Positions 58,547 through 64,000 of a DNA stretch of 64,000 bases are shown one piece after another. How positions within the stretch are numbered: position 1 is the stretch's first letter; each line of letters begins with the position of its first letter. The notes under the pieces were generated by a model. That model did not search any database. It saw nothing but the letters and a program-made list of their open reading frames with translations, and had not been told where the DNA came from. Source of the stretch: an uncultured bacterium (GTDB lineage Bacteria; Desulfobacterota_D; UBA1144; Nemesobacterales; UBA2774); assembly GCA_963705505.1 (NCBI GenBank), contig CAVPJU010000010.1, positions 480,001 through 544,000 on the forward strand, given 5' to 3'. Made by a program: the position numbers and the translations under genes.

Positions 58547-58969
58547 TCATTCGATATTTTTATAGAGGAACCTGACGAGGTCGGTAGTGGTTACTATCCC
58601 TGTGAGGTCGCCTTTTGCGTTAACGATCATGATGGAATGAAGGGAGCTGTCCGAGAGAATCTTCGCAGCGTCCTTGAGTGAAGAGTCCTCATCGAATATG
58701 ACGAGCTTGCCGGTCATGACGTCCTTGATGTTATAGGTGTGGTCGAGGAGCGTGTCGAGCATCCTCGTGTCGGTGGAATCGAAATCGAATATCAGCTTGA
58801 ATATGTCCTGCGTCGAGATAATCCCCACCGGCTTCTTACCCTTGAGCACAGGGACGTGGTGTATTGTGTTCTCCCTGAATATCCTCGCCACGGCACTCAG
58901 GTTCTGGTTATCGTGCACGGAAATGACATCCGCGCTCATTATCTCCTTTACCTTAACGTTCTCAATCAT
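58547..58969 (-). CDS. CBS-domain pair protein
   Basis: VKEIMS, IHHVPV, VGIIS..D, GIVTTTDL. Confidence 0.9.
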   Translation of the reverse strand: MIENVKVKEIMSADVISVHDNQNLSAVARIFRENTIHHVPVLKGKKPVGIISTQDIFKLIFDFDSTDTRMLDTLLDHTYNIKDVMTGKLVIFDEDSSLKDAAKILSDSSLHSIMIVNAKGDLTGIVTTTDLVRFLYKNIE

Positions 58970-59169
58970 AATCCGTCCCTCGCATCTTATTTTTTGCTAT
59001 GGATTATACACACTCGACGACACCGGTAAACAAGCGCCGGGGCGAAAAACCCCTTATCACTAAAATTATACTGCCCGCTCCGTTGAGATGAAAGATAAGT
59101 ATATTATCTTTCCCTGATGAGGTCGCTTCGGGCACGACATATGTGTGATCTCAGCTCCGAAGAATAACA

Positions 59170-59346
59170 ATGAGCAGAATCGTAATCAGCGGCTCAGGCA
59201 TCTACACACCCACGGATTCCATTTCCAATGACGAGCTTGTCGCTTCTTTCAACTCCTATGTCGAACAATATAACGGCAGCCGCGAAAAAGAAATCATGCG
59301 TGGAGAGATAGAGCCGCTTAAAAAATCGAGCGCCGGATACAGCTGA
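59170..59346 (+). pseudogene. truncated N-terminus of a beta-ketoacyl-ACP synthase III-like gene
   Basis: MSRIVISGSGIYTPTDSISNDELVASFNSYVEQYN...GEIEPLKKSS then TGA; the rest of the enzyme is absent. Confidence 0.7.
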
Positions 59347-59405
59347 AGCGGGTCTTATCAAACAATAGCGCGCCGGAATTATCATACGTATACGAAGCGG
59401 GAAGA

Positions 59406-59849
59406 TCACATGAGCATCTCAGCCCTGTATCCGAAATATACCCCGTTATCTATGAACCTTAAGGTTTCGGGAACAACTTTGAAGAAGGCGTAATACCCGG
59501 CCCCCCGAGGCAGTTTGTCGCTCCCCATAAGCTCGGTCAGGAAGGGATACTTTTTCTCGAAAACATTTCTCGCCAGCTCCGCTTCCTCTTCGCGCACCTC
59601 ATAAGCTCTCCCCATTATCTGCAGCCCCCGGACAGTCCTCCAGTCGGCATGATCCGTGCTTATAGTGACGGCGACTTTGGGGTTGATCGATATATTGAGC
59701 GAGTGCTCAGAATCCGGGTTTGAAAGGAAATACAAGGTAAGTCCGTCACTCGCATAAAACAGGGACGCCGCATAAGGGTAGTTATCTCTCGATGTTGCGA
59801 GGCTCATCGTATTATGTCCGTGTAGAAACTCGGTGACTATATCTTCCAT
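59406..59849 (-). CDS. pyridoxamine 5'-phosphate oxidase-like (split-barrel flavin-binding) protein
   Basis: MSLAT, PYAASLFYA, S.HS.N..INP.VAVTI, RGLQ. Confidence 0.85.
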   Translation of the reverse strand: MEDIVTEFLHGHNTMSLATSRDNYPYAASLFYASDGLTLYFLSNPDSEHSLNISINPKVAVTISTDHADWRTVRGLQIMGRAYEVREEEAELARNVFEKKYPFLTELMGSDKLPRGAGYYAFFKVVPETLRFIDNGVYFGYRAEMLM

Positions 59850-59939
59850 TTCATAAACCGTTTGCTTAAAAGAATTCTGAGCCCGTGCCCGGAAAGACCG
59901 GGACGGTTTTCTCGGTGAAGCGGCGGCCCGGATTGTCAC

Positions 59940-60215
59940 TCACCACCTCATAACTGTTTTCCACTCGCCTGCGGTGTGCTCCCCCGTCATCTCTATCCAT
60001 TCCATGTGAATAGCATCATCGGGACAGGACTCGACGCAGTGTCCCTCGCTGCCGCACGTATCGGCGCGGACAAGAAGCGCAAAATCGTTATTCACGATCT
60101 TGAGGGATTTCGGAGTGCATGCTTCGACACACTTCCCGCAGCCCGTGCACTTTTCAAGGTCTATGTCAGGAAGCCATTTGTAGCTGCCTTCTCTCATGCC
60201 TTTATATACTTCCAT
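59940..60215 (-). CDS. ferredoxin (one canonical and one atypical Fe-S motif)
   Basis: CTGCGKCVEAC and CGSEGHCVESCP; GGAGG RBS before MEVYKG. Confidence 0.82.
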   Translation of the reverse strand: MEVYKGMREGSYKWLPDIDLEKCTGCGKCVEACTPKSLKIVNNDFALLVRADTCGSEGHCVESCPDDAIHMEWIEMTGEHTAGEWKTVMRW

Positions 60216-60368
60216 TTTTTCCTCCGTATATCGTATTAATCCCATCCCCACTTTCCGCCAGCACGGATTCAATTCCCATATCAGAGCCGCTCGTTCGGCA
60301 TTCCGGTTGCGCCTCTTTAAATTATCAGTTCCTGGTGGCAATTACGTCAAGGACAGAAGTCGCACTGA

Positions 60369-60390
60369 GATTGAGACAAATGTCTCAATC
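60369..60390. promoter_or_regulatory. Crp/Fnr-like palindromic operator
   Basis: GATTGAGACA-aa-TGTCTCAATC (TGAGA-N6-TCTCA core), between the Crp/Fnr gene and the ferredoxin. Confidence 0.55.
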
Positions 60391-60445
60391 ACCGCGGCAT
60401 GTTCTTTTGATAACTCCTGTAAGCGGGGGTCGGGAGAAAAAATTT

Positions 60446-61159
60446 TCAGGCGAGGAGATTTTGAAGCGCGGATTTGTCCCTAATAACGGTAGTACGACGG
60501 CCGCAATCAATCAACTCCATTTTTTTGAACAGCTGAAGAGCCCTGCTGAGCGTTCTTCTCGACATGCCGGCCATATCCGCCATCTCCTCCTGACTCAGGC
60601 TGAGCTTTATAACGATCCCTTCCGGGGAGGGTTCGCCGAACTCATCGCAAAGCCTCAGGAGGAGCGAAGCGAGGCGCTCCTCGGACGTCGCTAGGGCTAT
60701 GTTCCTGAAACCTTCGTATGCTTTTGAGAGCTCTTCTCCGAGAGTCTCCGCCAGCCTCAGACATACGGGCCCGTTCTTTTTAAGCAGGCCCAGGAAATCC
60801 TCTTTATCTATAAAGCTCAATTGAGATTCCTCGACGGTCCTCGCGGTAAAATCATGGGGCTTTCCCGACAACGCCGCTCTCGCTCCGATCACGTTGCCGG
60901 CCGATGCGTAACCCAATACTGCACTTCTGCCGTCCTGGGAATGAATGTAAAGTTTGACGCGCCCGGAGCACACACAATAAACGCCGCGCGGTTTTTCTCC
61001 CTTCAGGAATAAGACGAAGCCCTCGGGATAAACGAGTCTCTGGAGCAAGCCTTCGAGCTCCAGAACGCCCGAATTATCGAGACCCGAAAAGATGCCGCCT
61101 GCCCTCAAGCTGCACGTATGACAGGTGTTATATTTCTGACGGGTTGGCGTTTTCCTCAT
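60446..61159 (-). CDS. Crp/Fnr-family transcriptional regulator
   Basis: N-terminal CHTC, cNMP-like beta-roll, ERLA, LSQEEMADMAGMSRRTLSR HTH. Confidence 0.92.
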   Translation of the reverse strand: MRKTPTRQKYNTCHTCSLRAGGIFSGLDNSGVLELEGLLQRLVYPEGFVLFLKGEKPRGVYCVCSGRVKLYIHSQDGRSAVLGYASAGNVIGARAALSGKPHDFTARTVEESQLSFIDKEDFLGLLKKNGPVCLRLAETLGEELSKAYEGFRNIALATSEERLASLLLRLCDEFGEPSPEGIVIKLSLSQEEMADMAGMSRRTLSRALQLFKKMELIDCGRRTTVIRDKSALQNLLA

Positions 61160-62267
61160 CGGATTGTCCCGCTACGTATTTCCTCGGCACGTAAACACAG
61201 TAGGGCTCGGACTCCATGTAATCCCCGGTCACTGCATATGACCTCGCCCTCGAGCCTCCGCATATGTTTTTGAACTCGCACACGCCGCACTTGCCCTCGA
61301 GCCTGTCGTAGTCCCTGATCTCTATGAATAAAGGGGAGCTCCTGTAGATATCGACTATGCTCTCGTTCTTTACATTGCCTCCCGACAACGGCAGGAATCC
61401 GCTCGGATACACCTCGCCCCTGTGCGAGATGAAGACGAAGCCCTTCCCGTCGTTTATACCGCGGGGCGCCCTGCCTATCGTGTCCTGCTTCCTCTCCGCT
61501 CCAACGTCGGGCGTACGTTTGCCCGCCCTCGATTCCCTCACCCTCGCCTGGGCGACGTATCTCCTGTAATGGGGCGCTTCCGTGGACTTGATGTCGTAAG
61601 GCATCACCTTCGAGAGCTCATACATCCTCGCGAAGACCTCTTCAAACTCCTCGGCGCTCGGTTCGTCCTCCACCCTCCCCCTCCCCGTCGGGACGAGGAA
61701 GAATACGCTCCAGAGGACGGGGTTGAACCCGCTAATGAGCTTGGCAATGTTGTCGAAGTCGCCGATATTGTATCTCGTCACGGTCGTGTTGACCTGAAGC
61801 GGGATACCGAGTTCAGCACACTCGGACAAGACCTCGAGAGTCCTTGAGAAACTCCCTTTAACTCCCCTGAATGAATCATGAATTTCGGAAGTTGAGCCGT
61901 CGAGGCTCACGGCCATTCTCGATATGCCGGCCTCTTTAAGCCTTCGGATAGACTCATTTGTGAGAAGCGGCGTCACGCTCGGGGACACGGTCGTCCGCAG
62001 CCCTTTCTTCACGCTGTGAGCGATGAGGTCGTAAATATCCTCCCTTTTGAGGGGGTCCCCGCCCGTAAACACAAGGAGGGGCGAGCCGAATTCACTGATA
62101 TCATCTATGAGGTTTTGCCCCTGGTACGTAGTGAGCTCAAAAGGGTCACTGCATGTCCTCGCATCCGCCCTGCAGTGCAGGCACGCGAGGTCGCATGACT
62201 GCGTAACCTCCCATATCACTATGAATGGGGAAAGGTCAAAGTCTATATTCGATCTTTCATTACTCAT
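61128..62267 (-). CDS. radical SAM/SPASM protein (AhbD/NirJ-related, TIGR04053-like), paralog 2
   Basis: WEVTQSCDLACLHCRA, TGGDP, TEAPHYRR, YPSGFLP, CGVCEFKNICGGSRAR...PYC. Confidence 0.88.
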   Translation of the reverse strand: MSNERSNIDFDLSPFIVIWEVTQSCDLACLHCRADARTCSDPFELTTYQGQNLIDDISEFGSPLLVFTGGDPLKREDIYDLIAHSVKKGLRTTVSPSVTPLLTNESIRRLKEAGISRMAVSLDGSTSEIHDSFRGVKGSFSRTLEVLSECAELGIPLQVNTTVTRYNIGDFDNIAKLISGFNPVLWSVFFLVPTGRGRVEDEPSAEEFEEVFARMYELSKVMPYDIKSTEAPHYRRYVAQARVRESRAGKRTPDVGAERKQDTIGRAPRGINDGKGFVFISHRGEVYPSGFLPLSGGNVKNESIVDIYRSSPLFIEIRDYDRLEGKCGVCEFKNICGGSRARSYAVTGDYMESEPYCVYVPRKYVAGQSDEENANPSEI

Positions 62268-62417
62268 GGATGTCTGCCATCGTCACGAACTAATACAATC
62301 GCATACTTCATGTCACACTGAATATATTATACGTCCACACCGCAATTGCTTTAAATAAATTTTACGCGGTAAACACCCGAAACGCCGGTGTCCTCAGGCT
62401 CGCTCGACGTGCGGGTT

Positions 62418-63575
62418 CTAAAGATCGGCATGCCGGATACCCTCTCCTTCCAGAGACCCCCGTTTGAAGTCTTCGGGAACAAAGGCGCAGTAGGGCTCTG
62501 ACTCCATGTAGTCCCCTGTCATGGCGTAAGCCCTTGCCCTCGAGCCTCCGCAGATGTTTTTGAATTCGCACACACCGCACTTGCCCTTGAGCCTGTCGTA
62601 GTCCCTGATCTCCACGAAAATTGGAGATTCCCTGTAAATATCGACAATGCTTTCGTTTCTCACGTTCCCGCCGGATATGGGTAAAAACCCGCTGGGAAAG
62701 ACCTCCCCGGTGTGAGAAATAAACACAAAACCGTTGCCCGAATTGACCCCCTTGGGAGCCAGCCCGATACTACCCCCGGGTCCGAAATCGCGCGTGAGGC
62801 GCTCTGGCAGTCTCACTTCAAGGGGATTCCCGCCGGCTGATCCCTTTTTTGTCTCCCGCTCGACCACATACCGCCTGTAATGCTGAGCCTCCGTAATTTT
62901 GACTATGAAATCGACCTCTCTCGAAAAGCTGTAAAGCTTCTCAAAAAGCCTTTCATACTGGTAAGCTTTCATCTGTTTCAAAAGCCTCCCTCTGCCCACG
63001 GGCACGAGGAAAAACACCTCCCAGAAGACGACCCCGAGATCCCGCACGAGCCTGGCAATTTCTTCGAAACAATCGATATTGTGCGTGCCGAGCGTCGTGT
63101 TGATTTGAAGCGGAATCCCCGCGGAATGGGCGTATTGAGCGCCCCTCATCGTCAAATCGAAAGCTCCGGGAATCCCCCTAAACGTGTCGTGTATCTCCTT
63201 GTCAGGCCCGTCCAGGCTGAGTGCCATCTGAGCGAGACCCGCCTCTTTCAGCCTCCCAACCACCTCCGGCGTCAGGCTCGGCGTGGCGGCAGGAATTGTG
63301 GCCATACGCAAACCCTGTCGAGCCCCATACCTTATCAGATCGAAAATATCCTCTCTCTTTATCGGATCTCCGCCGCTCAGTATCATAATCTGCGTCCCCA
63401 TCGAGCGGACCTTATCAATCAGGTCAAACCCCTCCTCCGTTGAAAGCTCTCCGGGGCTGCGCACATTGACCGCTTCCGCCCTACAATGCCGGCACGCTAG
63501 GTCGCATGCCTGTGTAACCTCCCAGATTACGACAAATGGGGTTAAGGAAAAATCCATGTCCTTTATGCTCTTCAT
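62418..63575 (-). CDS. radical SAM/SPASM protein (AhbD/NirJ-related, TIGR04053-like), paralog 1
   Basis: WEVTQACDLACRHCRA, SGGDP, TEAQHYRR, FPSGFLP, CGVCEFKNICGGSRAR...PYC. Confidence 0.88.
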   Translation of the reverse strand: MKSIKDMDFSLTPFVVIWEVTQACDLACRHCRAEAVNVRSPGELSTEEGFDLIDKVRSMGTQIMILSGGDPIKREDIFDLIRYGARQGLRMATIPAATPSLTPEVVGRLKEAGLAQMALSLDGPDKEIHDTFRGIPGAFDLTMRGAQYAHSAGIPLQINTTLGTHNIDCFEEIARLVRDLGVVFWEVFFLVPVGRGRLLKQMKAYQYERLFEKLYSFSREVDFIVKITEAQHYRRYVVERETKKGSAGGNPLEVRLPERLTRDFGPGGSIGLAPKGVNSGNGFVFISHTGEVFPSGFLPISGGNVRNESIVDIYRESPIFVEIRDYDRLKGKCGVCEFKNICGGSRARAYAMTGDYMESEPYCAFVPEDFKRGSLEGEGIRHADL

Positions 63576-63611
63576 AGCCGGGGCTCCTCACTTAATACTG
63601 AGCAAATTTGG

Positions 63612-63627
63612 TGCAACTCCCATGCCA
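63612..63627 (-). promoter_or_regulatory. sigma54 promoter for the radical SAM operon
   Basis: TGGCAT-GGGAG-TTGCA on the minus strand, 36 nt before ATG 63575. Confidence 0.7.
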
Positions 63628-63823
63628 TAAGGGCCCACTGCCGAGGCTCCGGGCGAATATGCAGACATTTATAAAAATTTGCCTATTGCAGAGAGGGTTA
63701 CAGCAGGGATAACCGCCGAATCCCAACTTGTAAGGCCCGGAATTTGCCGAAAGAATGCGTAAGACTTTCTGACACCTTACACCCTGCCGCGATCCGCCAT
63801 GCCCCAAATATTTGAGAATACTC

Positions 63824-63839
63824 TGGCACCATAATTGCT
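63824..63839 (+). promoter_or_regulatory. sigma54 promoter for the rightward gene
   Basis: TGGCAC-CATAA-TTGCT, a consensus -24/-12 match. Confidence 0.72.
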
Positions 63840-63949
63840 TTTTCCATGTAGGATACGGCTCCGAGGGTCATAAATGCCTGGTAACAGAGAACCGCTTAGC
63901 ATGACCGATGCATCCGATGAATAAAAAGTCACCTCGTTTAGGGAAAGTA

Positions 63950-64000
63950 ATGCCGCGTATAATCGTGATTGGCGCGGGCATTACGGGTCTGAGCGCGGCT
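63950..64000 (+). CDS. 5' end of an FAD-dependent oxidoreductase (possibly HemY/HemG-type porphyrinogen oxidase), runs off the window
   Basis: MPRIIVIGAGITGLSAA Rossmann GxGxxG motif; the heme context is inference. Confidence 0.6.
   Translation, partial: MPRIIVIGAGITGLSAA

Noticed and set aside
59194..59409. 71-aa minus-strand ORF after the PNPOx-like gene
   Set aside because: Overlaps the recognisable KAS III relic on the opposite strand and has no features of its own.

Overview
Bacterial chromosomal window of a diderm, probably microaerophilic organism; the gene content loosely resembles Desulfobacterota-like lineages, but that is unverified. From left to right it holds: (1) a cbb3-type oxidase operon (ccoI-S-NO-Q-P-G plus a DsbD_2/TauE gene) facing a PAS kinase/sigma54-activator pair; (2) an ~18 kb block of exported proteins built around two arylsulfatases (one broken by four single-base indels), with LssY-C, DUF2092, DUF1254 and beta-barrel genes; (3) miscellaneous genes (rtcA, hydrolases, a ThDP decarboxylase, csp, tRNA-His) and an RND efflux locus with ECF sigma, MarR and F420-type LLM genes; (4) the most interesting part, 47.6-58.3 kb, a co-oriented cluster with 37 heme-c motifs: an MtrC/OmcA-like decaheme lipoprotein, a non-MtrB porin, di-, hepta- and tetraheme proteins, two monoheme paralogs lacking the usual distal Met/His, Rieske + cytochrome b, an HAO-family octaheme with altered active-site residues and a NapC-like protein, read here as a candidate quinone-pool-to-cell-surface electron conduit; (5) a Crp/Fnr, ferredoxin and twin radical-SAM (heme-biosynthesis-like) locus with divergent sigma54 promoters. 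No integrase, transposase or CRISPR array was seen. All family assignments are by eye from motifs; no searches were run.
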